This document shows positions 36,301 through 44,900 of a stretch of DNA of 64,000 bases, piece after piece. The stretch comes from Candidatus Oxydemutatoraceae bacterium (GTDB taxonomy: Bacteria; Pseudomonadota; Gammaproteobacteria; Poriferisulfidales; Oxydemutatoraceae), in contig OZ244779.1 of the NCBI GenBank assembly GCA_965219575.1, positions 1,228,769 through 1,292,768 on the forward strand. The letters are read 5' to 3'. Position 1 is the first letter of the stretch, and every line of letters starts with the position of its first letter. The position numbers and the translations under genes are program-made. The notes below the pieces were generated by a model, which saw only the letters and a list, made by a program, of their open reading frames with translations, was not told where the DNA came from and did no database searches.

Positions 36301-38750
36301 GCAATCTGTCGGACGATATAGACGGAGGTCCTCTAAGCGATATTGATTATCAATGGTCGTCGGAACAAAACGGTAGATTTGTCGCAATACTCGGTGCGAC
36401 TCGAAAAAGCTATACGCTTCCCGAAAATGCCCGCAACGCACGATACAGAGTCTCTATAAGCTACACCGACGGACAAGGTTACCGAACGAACACTCACTAC
36501 GATGCACCGCGATTTACGACGATTGCCGACTTCGTCGATAAAGACAACGACGGTTTGATAGAGATCGAGACACTCGAGGTGCTCGATGCGATTCGTTATC
36601 AGACGGACGGTAGCGGTTACCGTGCGAGCTCTACGACGATGATGATTACTACAGGTTGTCCTTTGGTCAACGGTGTAGAGAAATGCCGGGGCTACGAATT
36701 AGTCAAGGATTTGGATTTTCTAGACGATGCAGGCTATAGTTCAACCGCCAATAAAGTGGCTTGGACGACCGGCGCAGGTTGGCAACCGATCGGTATTGTC
36801 GCTAATAATGACTGTAGTGATGCGGGTAGCGACTGTTTTGCCGCTATTTTAGAAGGCAACGGATATAGCATTTCCAATTTGCGGATCAATAGAGACACCA
36901 CCGATGAAATAGGTTTATTTGCCGGAAATACCGGCACCATTCGCAATCTTGGGCTATCGGAAATAGAAGTAAAAGGCAATTCTAGGGTCGGTGGTCTCGT
37001 CGGTCGCAACGAAGGTGGACTAATGAATGTTTATGTAGTCGAAGGCAAGGTTGAAGGTCAAAATAACCATATCGGTCTGTTAACCGGCATCAGCGTGTCG
37101 GGTGCGTCGATCATCAATAGTTATGTAATCGGCACTGTGATAGGTTCTCGTTTTGTCGGTGGTATCTGTGGCATAAACTATGGTGACATGATCGGTAGTT
37201 ATACGGTTGCCGATGTTTCGGCACAGCGGGAGGCAGGTGGTCTGGTCGGCGAGAATCAAGGCACTATCAGCAACAGCTATACATCAGGCTCGGTTAGTAT
37301 CAATGAGAAAGAACGAGCTGTCGGAGGTCTAGTCGGTGTATTATGGTCGGGCGGTCGTATTGATAACAGTTACTCGACTGCCGAGGTAAAAACAGACTTT
37401 GTTGCAACAGCCAATAGCGATGTGCAGTATGTAGGTGGTTTAATCGGCAACCGAGAATCACCCAGCCTACAAGTCAATAATAGTTATTGGGATACCGATG
37501 CGAGTGGGCGGACGAACTCTCCGGGAGGCGGTATCGCCAAGACCAAGGCTGAATTACAAATGCCGACGGTAGCCGGGACAAGGGTCAATGCTGTTTATTA
37601 CAACTGGGATGCCGACAGATGGGATTTCGGCACTGCCGAGGAGTATCCGGTGCTCAAATATCACGATAACTCGTGTGGCACTTCGACACCGTCGCCGGAT
37701 TGCGGTAGATTATTGCTTCATCAACGTATCGGTTTGAGAGCTATCGTGTTGGAGCAGAATGTGGAGGGAGAGCAGTTGTATCTTTCTCCCGACTTTGATA
37801 CTGCGGTTACGACTTATACGGTATCGGTGCATGCCGATGCGAGCGAATTGAGAATCACCCCGCTAGCGGCTAATCCCGATGCCGGTATCGTAGCCGACGG
37901 CAAGGTCTTATCGGCAAACCACAGCGGCTATACCATTGCGATAGATACTTCCGAGCCTACATCGACAGTTATGCGAGTTTCGGCGAGCACTTCGATGGGA
38001 ACCGAGGATCCCGTTATATGTAGACTGACGGTGGGCAATCGTTTACCTACAATAGATATTAACGCGCCTGTTTCGATAAGCGAAGGCGGAACCCTTGTAT
38101 TAAATGCTTCTATAACCGATGCCGACGGAGACGAGTTGCGTTACAGTCTGAGTGCGATTACCGACTTATTGCCGGATTTAGAGGAGACCACCGGCACCGC
38201 GGTAGGCCGTGCCGATCTAATGTATGAGCTTAATATACCCAGTGATTTGCTCGGCGAGAGGCAAAGCAGCGATGATATAGAGATCGTGTTGACGGTTGAG
38301 GATGGCATGAGCGTTATCGGTGAAACGATGTCGATCGCAATAGTCAAAGAAAATAACGGTGTGGTATCGGTTGCTATACCGACGCTAAATGGTTTCACAT
38401 ACACCGTCGGAGATATAGATCTATCGTCGGATGTCGACGGAATAAATCCTGTTCCCGAGATAGCCTACCGATGGCAAGAAGAGTTGCTGGGTAGCTGGTC
38501 GGATATCGACGGTGCCACCGATCGGAGTCATACCGTGGAGGGTATTATAGGTGACCGTTACCGCGTATTGGTCGACTATACCGATAAGCAGGGCTATAGA
38601 CATCGCAGCGTTGCATCGCCGTCGGTATCGGCACCGCAGCAATTTATATATAATGTCGTGAGAACTAGAAGTGTCGTAAGAAGTTCGTCGGATCTGGAAC
38701 CGGCTAGTTTCATACACATCAGAGTATTTCCCGAAGGACTTTTACGATAA
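21333..38750 (+). CDS. Giant secreted repetitive surface protein 2 (5805 aa), paralogue of gene 1
   Basis: GTG start at the position equivalent to the gene 1 ATG. Signal peptide ...IGFLQSVSA|QD. Same ten-module order. C-terminus FIHIRVFPEGLLR. Confidence 0.9.
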   Translation: MKPLPLSTIVVVIGFLQSVSAQDVFECDYTTDIDQDKDGLIELCDLDALDAVRYQLDGSGYRESFDAVKITAGCPPSGCNGYELRKDLDFNADDSYRDLANKAAWTSGLGWLPIGTRLNFFTARFEGNGHTIANLYIDRPSDYVGLFRATSTPAKISDLILSQINIKGNSYVGGLAGHNAGSVAYVGVEGGRLIATGNTVGGLFGANAGTILNGDVMLERLESRGHSLGGLVGHNEGHVTYSVADTGLFGVSQVGGLVGLNARGVLTDSRSDGTANGSDYIGGLVGLNHARISASYAIGKVISEGSYSGGLVGANDRGGRIADSRASGTVSGNLYAGGLVGWNRDSEITNSFALNRVDGNSDVGGLVGWNEGGRISNTYSSGSVNGMHRVGGLVGSNKGIVSDSFANGRVVASGVNTGGLIGWNYAHQTRDATTVRVIHSYWNSNTVGISLSAGGSPRTTEQLQSPTAPGLLGETFERWDVADWDFGTDEQYPILKHSEGSNTGHLLSGQYIMLSGLLVLDGLTLSPAFDPQTFDYRVHLSDDNLRQIRFSPTIANSTQTISVLKDEKTGLPSVNNGETVTVDLNGVPEPTLVTIARHYRIRVVHQSALQVKIGSNRSDYRVSEGQDIVFDVSTSEPDLRRVRYRWSQVSPLQPDLLTDSDTGLAELNIDIPDDFVARDNDESPVVLRVEVRVDETTVVRNTTMTVVKTNNGGISTLAAPTYREGTLTVADISEADLSMEPDGGVDPSSLSYRWQYKLPSASASWHDIEDATQIHYQIPFVLSAIDNVGYRVWLDYDDNQGYYHRIVSEPRSAMRVVADDGFSDIYYLEDLNAIRNQPNGKYKLVRDLDFNSDASYRDPINKAKWTVADYGNDADTGWLPIGTIVNRFTGTFDGNGHTISNLQINRDTADYQGLFGAVGSAASLRNVGLSNARIEGKQNIGGLAGGNFGTIINSYANDSDMSATSIVGGLVGWNGIPARIINSYAGGDVGGISIGGLVGFNEGSITNSYAMTNVEGSLAGSLVGPMPTGSITDSYAIGRVQGSGGGLAATNGGVISASYWNTETGGLQGRHGSGRTTQQMQLPTAAIGIYETWDDADWDFGNSVQYPILKYAPGPDGDACSVSGLPQCGALISPRLRYGLRSLATAGGVALAPEFDIEVQNRSGIYIGSLRSTDNTIRLIPTTIEPTADIRFYIGDDETAYDTIRSGETSKAISLKAVGTTRIRIEVRGTVTVGYTLYIDHRNAAGFTSINYLEDLRAIHRHPKGAYKLARDLDFEDSESYLDPLNRIFWTVDDYEDAGDTGWVPVGSESIPFAGRFDGNGYTISGLQINRDDADNQSLFGVAASSAVISNIGLLNLKIEGGTKVAGLVGTNRGQVGYSYVGGSIESESIEGIAGGLVANNDGGDIIGSYALSQVSGIASLGGLVGDNNGRIINSHADSIVMPSSAGSRFGGLVGSNRSLIVNSYASGKILQGRSSSIKGGLVGWNDSQARIINGYAAVGIAGALAGGLVGYNLGAIKNSYAIGELSGGSDTRGSLVGINDGGTFVASYWNSDTIASGGNNGIGQTSAQLQSQTPTMPANSIYKDWDTGDWDFGTPQQYPILKYTTATESVFECGSSGMPQCGDLISPGFRYGLRSLTSTNDATLSPPIDIERLNQSGIYLGTVIAEHPSVRLTPVAIESTARIRIIGDRRETLDSNNTSFPTLLKNDEVKKVIIEVAGTRTVGYTLYLSYSGHRVIDEDGDGLVDIDYLEDLDAIRHRLDGSGYRANVEAVKITSGCPRQGCRGYELSRDLDFNDADSYRNAEENMGRWTGSGAWQPIAGTFTGTFKGNNKTIANLRVRSSGGLFTAIGSDSRVAYIDGIGLLAVDIKGDTVAGITASCKRCTISNSYVIGNIEGTAAAAGLVNTISATSGGNARISNSYFVGDIAVNGESAVAGGLVGDVDSALSITDSYAFGDVIGKQNSGFIGGLVGVRSSSVIEIGNSYAGISATKAGVPQGLFGGNRNPKDQLAPTVYTIYLNEDIAATNVTLGESKRTAELQSPTSATGIYTSWSSDSWDFGTAEHYPAIKYNLRADSTDGDAHCDAADIQKRPGACRTLLRHQGSLLRDLKLSEGAGLSSPFVYTSFDYGISVNADLSTIRMLPTAFNRAATIEVFKDDNAIGETDGGEWTVPIPLNGFGDTVVGLVVKNGKRHSYRYRFVVNRLDIVAQSIDEDDDGLIDISNATHLNAIRHRLDGSAYQQSGTADAIYCSGGCTGYELTADIDLAGISWQPVGTFNKRFNGVFKGNGHTISNLTIKAGNTNQVGLFGAIGKHGRVENLGLVNVDIIGQSNVGTVVGYNFGTIINSYAAGKLLATVNDGGGLVGRNKSGTIVNSYANVGVQVNNDRAGGLVGWNEIGGSIVNSYAVGDVQASNRIAGGLVGNNSARIHTSYAVGDVRASNGSAGGLVASSIAEHTVADSYYRESAVISGTDSLIGTDKTMMELEAGVPSNDIYTGWDRADWHFGNANQYPVLLYVAGDDKNNRSCATSPTDMKLPTCGTLLPEQRTGLVQMELSKSVRLLPAFNPEIYDYYVVVDSDYEFRTTPTTYYDTDTITVDAAGSSLSTSSGQGLLFTPDDNLDGIVITVRSVNRNVPTRYTIRVLRNIAVADGLILIDYLDDLNLMRNPLEQISAVLKDCPIDTVDNVRRCGGYKLTGDLDFNNPASYRAGVISPIWTIGAGWQPIGDSNSPFGDLFIGDSYTISNLRYRGNASGDVGLFGTVAKSARIENIGLLAVDIDVRSRKDAGALVGSNLGVIVNSYVIGGSVRSTKSAGLIGGLVGRNLGAIVNSYAYVDVRADSVGGGLTGSSESGSRIYNSYASGTVSGLIYAGGLVGSAAADIRNSYANSRVSGNIYIGGLVGNSNRAIITNSYAVGTVSGPLTGGLMGRGDSRFNMSYWDTVTSGVPDDGDDATGIGKTTSELQTPAIGEGIYRNWNSDDWYSEVGQYPIVRFTSATDIITRPACRTTADADSKLPVCGTLLPVQRRIGLRSLALSNNAGQVFLLSPDFHSGVYRYELIVKSDAREFSVIPHTFNSEAMIVISDKSGTKKLRSGNTLSIIIDNLDNSLLTLIVDEPPTSMTTQTTTYRFEVIRHPLITVNDIDEDDDGLIEIRSVDDLNVMRYQLDGSGYKTSRDDIKITEGCPETGCIGYELAQDIDVSDAMRFADWQPIGYIAPSGDADECNHPSNRCFSGIFDGNNHTISNLRIDKSDTDNVGLFAALADGAQIRNVNLANVSVEGRFGVGSLVAYNAGEIDNSYADAMVVGEHDVGGLVAYNVGRISDSYAYGAVSGGSSVGGLVARNKNDGVIANSYSLNRVSGSDSIGGLVGLNLGSIANTYASGVVEGNTRIGGLAGDNGGAVGNSYATANIVCTGVPVCASYTIATGGLIGRNVGGHVANSYWDTGVSKLRISAGGVGKTTLQLQSGTTQSSDASGAYYRWGDSDWHFGNAYQYPILKYTDSTESMLVGLQSYGLTSLAIAEVVKLSPNFDTTKLYYRVGVELDTDIRKLHLIPDASDKDATIRIFSDNGFDETVETGTGSSAIVLRSTGTTVINIEVSGARRVLYRFEVDYFSSGLEKDVDTDKDGLVDVLTLEDLDAIRNALDGRRLRYQNADGVSIESAKGCPVAGCKGYELMRDLDFDNPAHYRAGRVNTAWTGGAGWQPIGTSRHPFTATFKGNGYTISNLRVNRPNSDYIGLFGVIDGSESDVVIEGLGLTDIDIVGGAHVGGLVATNRAGDIRRSYVTGYVVARGNGTSAIVGGLVGSNVAGSITESYSETQVKGSLSVGLSVAPAGGLVALNDNRGRIENSYAVGSVIGWDTIGGLVAVNQGSGEIINSYAVNRAIAIGARSKVGGLVAVNDAVVDDSYWDVEVSDIAASAGGTSATTAVLRSSTPTSPINSIYKDWDADVWEFADASRYPELKAIADVPLLAPEGKSLLQSLTLSNNVRLFPSFHPLVFDYDLIAESSRITEVQADTTSTRVGTTINIACRDGLICSSGIPTSFVLNGSDTPQITITTHNPDAGELSYNFSVRYHELTIERMTAMKTTIVPLSLSVAEGERVRLIASYDFGLSADLYHYRWRQSAGDALRFDDTRSPVDTQNAMLDFTVPDDVVSKQDDSRVVQLTAEIGVGDMYISRAISLIISKANNDTADRIRLLKDNDKPYTYTVRFERRDGSEFVDRDGGFAETRIHWQRRRSETKDWVDVGSGSPYTIPDQGAYQYRALALYEDNQGYREQLASGVINYLDIDDDGDGLIEIRYLEELNAIRYQPDGSGYKATATVDKITTGCPLVNGIEQCRGYELMNDLDFNDNASYRNPITRTALKNSWTVSYFTDASDSGWQPIGGFDALFNGNGYTISNMQINRSVGNTNSIGLFSQIGVVGKVKNLGLIDPAIKGLVGIKNVGGIAGRIERGGIIMNSYVVGDVGAGNTDKIIRGDVGFGSGIGFIGGMVGWNKGLILNSYAKINVIAEDSGTLANKRVGIGGLVGRNIDGGKVYSSYATGEVKGPCIVGGLVGNQFSTNPNELLTRSEIKNSYATGNVETGFGTCVNSNNKFAGGLVGFNNSSRIEKSYTLGEVLGSGTRAGLVAGRFPGGNTSIANPDNSYWNFDANSNCMNTSDGLFCYDLGVTTNYPDARLEDKLRSATGPNINDLSCIDSSNGIYTCETYTSWNTADWDFGTGLQYPALKYGVGLDKDDPGCDTDPETELPGCNALLSGQIADTLLLDRLSISANSRAVRLTPNFMPSRFNYEAVIEAETAPVLIKIAGRVDKDTAITLRRDGGEPLIKQSDGTVQISTNDSFNLGIKTASGDERTAHYRIQVHLSYLPQPRILNVIDGSTPAELVKGNILSLNEGDVVRLDASESFGSNNSRLDYRWSQVSGKPLLPRIQTTSTVKFTVPTDFVAADEDDSTVILQLELSENNNPLTAVSREVLLLVRKINNGNAESNAKWISSDMLSAGNLSDDIDGGPLSDIDYQWSSEQNGRFVAILGATRKSYTLPENARNARYRVSISYTDGQGYRTNTHYDAPRFTTIADFVDKDNDGLIEIETLEVLDAIRYQTDGSGYRASSTTMMITTGCPLVNGVEKCRGYELVKDLDFLDDAGYSSTANKVAWTTGAGWQPIGIVANNDCSDAGSDCFAAILEGNGYSISNLRINRDTTDEIGLFAGNTGTIRNLGLSEIEVKGNSRVGGLVGRNEGGLMNVYVVEGKVEGQNNHIGLLTGISVSGASIINSYVIGTVIGSRFVGGICGINYGDMIGSYTVADVSAQREAGGLVGENQGTISNSYTSGSVSINEKERAVGGLVGVLWSGGRIDNSYSTAEVKTDFVATANSDVQYVGGLIGNRESPSLQVNNSYWDTDASGRTNSPGGGIAKTKAELQMPTVAGTRVNAVYYNWDADRWDFGTAEEYPVLKYHDNSCGTSTPSPDCGRLLLHQRIGLRAIVLEQNVEGEQLYLSPDFDTAVTTYTVSVHADASELRITPLAANPDAGIVADGKVLSANHSGYTIAIDTSEPTSTVMRVSASTSMGTEDPVICRLTVGNRLPTIDINAPVSISEGGTLVLNASITDADGDELRYSLSAITDLLPDLEETTGTAVGRADLMYELNIPSDLLGERQSSDDIEIVLTVEDGMSVIGETMSIAIVKENNGVVSVAIPTLNGFTYTVGDIDLSSDVDGINPVPEIAYRWQEELLGSWSDIDGATDRSHTVEGIIGDRYRVLVDYTDKQGYRHRSVASPSVSAPQQFIYNVVRTRSVVRSSSDLEPASFIHIRVFPEGLLR

Positions 38751-38821
38751 TCTCATCTTTTCGGGAGTACTATTGAAAAAGTTTTATAAATTATTGAGGA
38801 TTAAAATAAATTCGTAATAGG

Positions 38822-38851
38822 TTGATATATCTGCATATATGTGCATATAAT
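38822..38851 (+). promoter_or_regulatory. Putative sigma70 promoter of giant gene 3
   Basis: TTGATA (38822-38827), 18-bp spacer, TATAAT (38846-38851), in an AT-rich intergenic region about 90 bp upstream of the start codon. Confidence 0.5.
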
Positions 38852-38941
38852 TAAAGGTTGCCGATAGTGGTATAGATAGTTATAAGAACGAATTATTCTT
38901 GTAGCTGTGTGAGGGAAATACTATGTGGGAGGAAGCGTAGT

Positions 38942-41900
38942 ATGAATATATCCGCAAGGTTTTTATTACTGTTAATCACGGTATTATGGACATCTGTATC
39001 GGCACAAGATAGTTTTGAATGCAATTACACAACCGATATAGATCAAGACGAAGACGGGTTGATAGAGCTATGCGATTTGGATGCACTCGATGCGGTTCGC
39101 TATCAGCTCGACGGCAGCGGTTATAGAGAAAGTTTCGATGCGGTCAAGATAACCGCCGGGTGTCCCCCAAGCGGTTGCAACGGCTACGAGTTGCGTAGAG
39201 ACTTGGATTTCAACATCGAGGATAGCTATCGCAATCTCGCCAACAAAGCAGCATGGACGAGCGGTTTAGGTTGGTTGCCTATAGGCGATCGACTCAACTT
39301 CTTTACTGCGAGGTTCGAAGGCAACGGTCATACGATAGCCAATCTTTATATCGATAGACCGTCGGATTATGTCGGTTTATTCAGGGCGACTTCGACGCCG
39401 GCTAAAATAAGCGACCTGATATTATCGCAAATAAACATCGAAGGGAACTCGTATGTCGGTGGTTTAGCGGGTCATAACGCCGGTAGCGTCGCTTATGTCG
39501 GTGTCGAAGGCGGTCGCCTAATCGCTACGGGCAACACCGTAGGCGGGTTGTTCGGTGCCAACGCCGGGACAATACTCAACGGCGATGTCATGCTCGAGCG
39601 TTTAGAGAGTCGCCGGCATAGCCTCGGCGGTCTGGTCGGTCATAACGAAGGGCATATCAGACATAGTGTTGCCGACACCGGTTTATTCGGTGTCAGCCAA
39701 GTCGGAGGCTTGGTCGGTCTCAATGCTCGCGGTGTGTTAGCGAACAGTCGCGCCGACGGGACTGCGAATGGGAGCGATTATATCGGTGGCTTGGTCGGTC
39801 TCAATCATGCTCGGATTAGTGCGAGCTATTCGATCGGCAAAGTGATAAGCGACGGTTCGTATAGCGGTGGTTTGGTCGGTGCCAACGACCGTGGCGGTAG
39901 AATTGCCGATAGTCGGGCGAGCGGTGCGATTTCCGGCAATCTTTATGCGGGCGGTCTGGTCGGTTGGAATAAAGACAGTGAAATCACCAATAGTTTTGCG
40001 CTTGGCCGTGTAGAAGGCAATAGCGATGTAGGGGGTTTGGTCGGTTGGAACGAGGGTGGTCGAATAAGCAATACCTATGCGAGCGGTTCTGCAACTGGTG
40101 TGGATAGAATCGGTGGTTTGGTCGGCAGTAATAAAGGTATCGTTTCCGACAGTTTTGCAAACGGACGCGTTGTTGCAAGCGGTGTACATGCGGGTGGTTT
40201 GATCGGCTGGAATTATGCCCATCAGACCAGAGATGCCACCACGGTGCGTGTGATACACAGCTATTGGAATAGCAACACTGTCGGGATATCGCTCAGTGCC
40301 GGTGGAAGTCCTCGGACTACCGAACAGCTACAATCACCGACTGCGCCCGGTCTACTCGGTGAGACTTTCGAGAGATGGGATGTTGCCGATTGGGATTTCG
40401 GCACCGACGAACAATACCCGATACTCAAACACAGCGAAGGTTCTAATACGGGACACCTATTGTCGGGTCAATACATTATGCTGTCGGGTCTGCTGGTATT
40501 AGACGGGTTGACTTTATCTCCGGCGTTCGATCCGCAAACCTTCGACTATCGCGTACACCTAAGCGACGACAGTTTAAGACAGATAAGGTTCAGTCCTACG
40601 ATAGCGAATAGCACGCAAACGATTAGTGTTCTCAAAGACGAGGAAACCGGTTTGCCGTCGGTGAACAACGGCGAGACGGTGACGGTCGATTTGAATATCG
40701 CTCCCGAGCCGACCTTGGTGACGATAGCGAGGCACTATCGGATCCGAGTGGTGCATCAATCCGCCTTGCAAGTAAAGATCGGTAGCGACCGCTCGGATCA
40801 TACGGTGAGCGAGGGACAAGACATCACATTCGATGTTTCAACCTCCGAACCGGACTTGCGGCGAGTGCGCTATCACTGGAGTCAGGTTTCACCGGCGAAA
40901 CCCGATTTATTGAAAGACTTAAATACTCGGAAAGCCGAACTGAACATCGACATACCCGACGATTTTGTAGCTCGAGATAACGACGAGAGCCCTGTTGTAT
41001 TGCGAGTGGAAGTGCGTGTCGGTGGGACAACCATAGTTCGCAATACGACGATGACGGTCGTCAAAATGAATAACGGCGGTATAAGCACCTTAGCTGCCCC
41101 GACCTATCGCGAAGGCACCTTGACGGTGGCGGATATAAGCGAAGCCGATTTATCTATGGAGCCCGACGGCGGTGTCGATCCGAGCAGCTTGAGCTACCGG
41201 TGGCAGTACAAGCTACCGTCGGCTTCCGCACCATGGCGAGATATTGAAGATGCGACGCAGATACACTATCAGATACCTTTTGTATTATCGGCAATCGATA
41301 ACATCGGCTATCGTGTATGGCTGGATTATGATGATAATCAGGGTTACTATCACCGCATCGTATCCGAACCACGATCGGTTATGCGTGTTGTAGCAGATGA
41401 CGGTTTTAGCGACATCTATTATCTGGAGGATTTGAATGCGATACGCAATCAACCGAACGGCAAATACGAGTTGGTCCGAGATTTGGATTTTAACTCGGAT
41501 GCAAGCTATCGCGATCCGATCAATAAAGCGAAGTGGACGGTAGCCGATTACGAGAACGATGCGGATGCCGGCTGGTTGCCGATAGGCACGATTGCAGATC
41601 GTTTCACAGGTACTTTCGAGGGTCACGGTCATGCGATATTCAATTTGCAGATCAATAGAGACACCGCCGACTATCAGGGTTTATTCGGTGTTTCGGGATC
41701 TGCTGCGACCGTAAGAAATGTCGGTTTGCCGGATGTCAAGATAGAGGGAAATCTATATATCGGTGGTCTCGTCGGTTCCAGCGGAGGCACTATCATCGGC
41801 AGTTATATTCTCGGCAAGGTATCGGCGAATAGTTTTTTAGGCGGACTGGTAGGGGAAAACGACGGCAGAATTATTAATAGCTACGCCGGTGTCGTTGTTT

Positions 41901-44900
41901 CGGCACTAAACCAACAATTAGGTGGTTTGGTCGGCATTAACAGAGGGTCTATAACGAACAGCTATGCGACGGGGAATGTCGAAGGAGGGTTGGCAGGTAG
42001 TCTGGTGGGTTGGAATTTCTCTGCCGATTCAACGATCATCGATAGTTATGCTATCGGTAGAGTGCGAGGAAGCGGCGGTGGTTTAGCTGCGATTAATAGA
42101 GGGGTCATCAGAGCGAGCTACTGGAACACCGAGACCGGCGGTTTACAAGGTCGTAACGGAAGCGGTCGGACCACGCAACAAATGCAATTACCCACTGCGG
42201 CGATCGGGATATACGAATCGTGGGACGGTGCCGATTGGGATTTCGGCAACAACGCACAGTATCCGATCCTCAAATACGCACCGGGACCCGACGGCGATGC
42301 GTGCAGTGTGTCGGGATTGCCGCAGTGCGGTGCGTTGATATCGCCGCGCCTGCGCTACGGTTTGCGTAGCTTGGCAACGGCGGGCGGTGTTGCCTTAGCT
42401 CCCGAGTTCGATATCGAGGTACAAAACCGAAGCGGTATTTATATCGGTAGTCTGCGCAGTACCGATAACACGATACGGTTGATTCCGACGACGATAGAAC
42501 CGACTGCGGATATTCGTTTCTATATCGGCGACGATAACACCGTCTACGACCGCATCCGAAGCGGCGAAACGAGTAGAGCGATTTCTTTGAAATCGGTCGG
42601 TATAACCCGTATTCGCATCGAAGTACGAGGAACGGTGACCGTGAGTTATACGCTGTATATCGATCATCGAAACACTGTCGAGTTTACGCCGATCAACTAT
42701 TTGGAAGATTTGCGTGCGATACATCGGCAGCTTGGAGGTTCTTATAAGCTAGCTAGGAACTTGGACTTCGAAGACCACGGGAGTTATCTGGATCCGTTGA
42801 ACAGGGTTCTTTGGACGGTAGACGACTACGAGGATGTTACCGATGTCGGTTGGGTGCCCATAGGCAACGAGGCAAAGCCTTTTGCCGGTCGCTTCGACGG
42901 CAACGGCTATACGATATCGGGTTTGCAGATCAATAGAGATACTGCCGACAATCAAAGTTTATTCGGTGTTGCGGCATCTAGTGCCGTTATAAGCAATATC
43001 GGCTTGTTGAATGTCAAGATAGAGGGTGGCACCCAAGCTGCCGGATTGGTCGGCACCAACCGTGGACGAGTGGTTCACAGTCATGTCGGAGGTAGTGTCC
43101 GATCGAAAAATATGGCGGGTGTGATCGGCGGTCTCGTTGCAAACAACGACGGCGGAGATATTATCGGTAGTTATGCGCTAGGCCGGGTTTCGGGGATTTC
43201 ATCGGTCGGTGGTTTGGTCGGAGATAACAACGGCAAGGTTATCAATAGTCATGCCGATAGTATCGTAACACCGGATTCGGGAGGCTCTCGGTTCGGTGGT
43301 TTGGTGGGTCGTAATCGGAGTCTAATTGCCAATAGTTATGCGAGCGGCAAAATTTTGACAAAAAGTTCCATCAAAGGAGGTCTGGTCGGTTGGAATGACT
43401 CGCAAGCACGGATCGTTAACGGTTATGCTGCGGTTGATATTGTCGGTGCCGTAGCGGGCGGTCTGGTTGGATATAACCGTGGTGCTATAAAAAATAGTTA
43501 TGCGATCGGTGAATTGAGAAGCACCGGCAATGCAATAGGTAGTTTGATCGGAAGCAACGACGGCGGCACACCCGTCGCAAGCTATTGGAATAGCGATACG
43601 ATTGTTGCCGGAAGTCGCAACGGCATCGGGCAGACTACGACACAACTAAAATCACCGACCGCCCCCGGTTTACCGGGTGAGACTTTCGAGGGATGGGATG
43701 TTGCCGATTGGGATTTCGGCACATCCGAACAATATCCGATACTTAAATATGCATCGGGGTCGGACGGAACCGCATGTGGTCTATCGGGGTTGCCGCAATG
43801 CGGCGATCTAATATCGCCGGGATTACGCTACGGTTTGCGTGGTTTAAGCGCGGCGGACAATGCGAGATTCCTCACACCGATCGACATCGAAAAGCTCAAC
43901 CAAAACAATGTTTATTCTATTACCATCCTCAACGATCGTCCGAGTGTACGGTTGACCCCGGTTGCGATCGAATCAACCGCGCGTATCGGCATTATAGGGT
44001 CTGTGCGAGAAACCCTAGACAGCCACGATACGAGTTTGCCGATTTCGTTAAAAAACGACGAAGTAAAGAAAGTGATTATTGAAGTAGAAGGCACAGAGAC
44101 GGTCGGATATACGCTTTATTTGAGCTACTCGGCTCATAGGGTGATCGACGAGGACGGCGACGGCCTAGTCGATATCGATTATTTGGAAGATTTGGATGCG
44201 ATACGTTATCAGTTGGACGGTAGCGGTTATAGAGCAAGCATCGGGTCGGCCAAGATTACATCGGGCTGCCCGAGGCAAGGCTGTCGCGGTTATGAATTGT
44301 TGAGAGACTTGGATTTTAACGATGCCGGTAGTTATCGCAACGCCGAGGAGAATATGGGTCGCTGGACCGGCGCAGGTACTTGGTTTCCTATAGGAGGGAC
44401 TTTCACCGCTACATTCAAGGGCAATAATAAAACGATTGCCAATTTAAGCATGGGTGTAAACGGCGGTCTTTTTAGCGCAATAGGTAGCGATAGTCGTGTT
44501 GCTTATATAGACGGTATCGGATTGACGGGTGTCGATATTAAAGGGAATGCAGTTGCCGGCATCGCTGCGTCGTGTAAGCGGTGTACGATAAGCAATAGCT
44601 ATGTGATAGGAGATATACAAGGAACCGCCGCTGCCGCCGGTTTGGTGAATACTATCGGCGCAACGAGCGGTGGGCGCGCCCGAATTAGTAATAGTTATTT
44701 CGTCGGCAATATTGCCGTCGACGGTCGATCGTCGGTTGCCGGAGGGTTGGTCGGCGATGTAGACTCCGATCTAACCATTACCGACAGCTATGTGGTCGGC
44801 GAGATCGGCGGAGCACACGATGGCGGATTTATAGGTGGCTTGGTCGGGGTACGCTCGTCGTCGGTTATCGAAATCGGCAACAGCTATGCGAGTGTTTCGG

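Noticed and set aside
38909-38941. GTG start at 38909 for gene 3
   Set aside because: The ATG at 38942 has a GGAGG SD, gives a normal signal peptide and matches the start context of gene 4.
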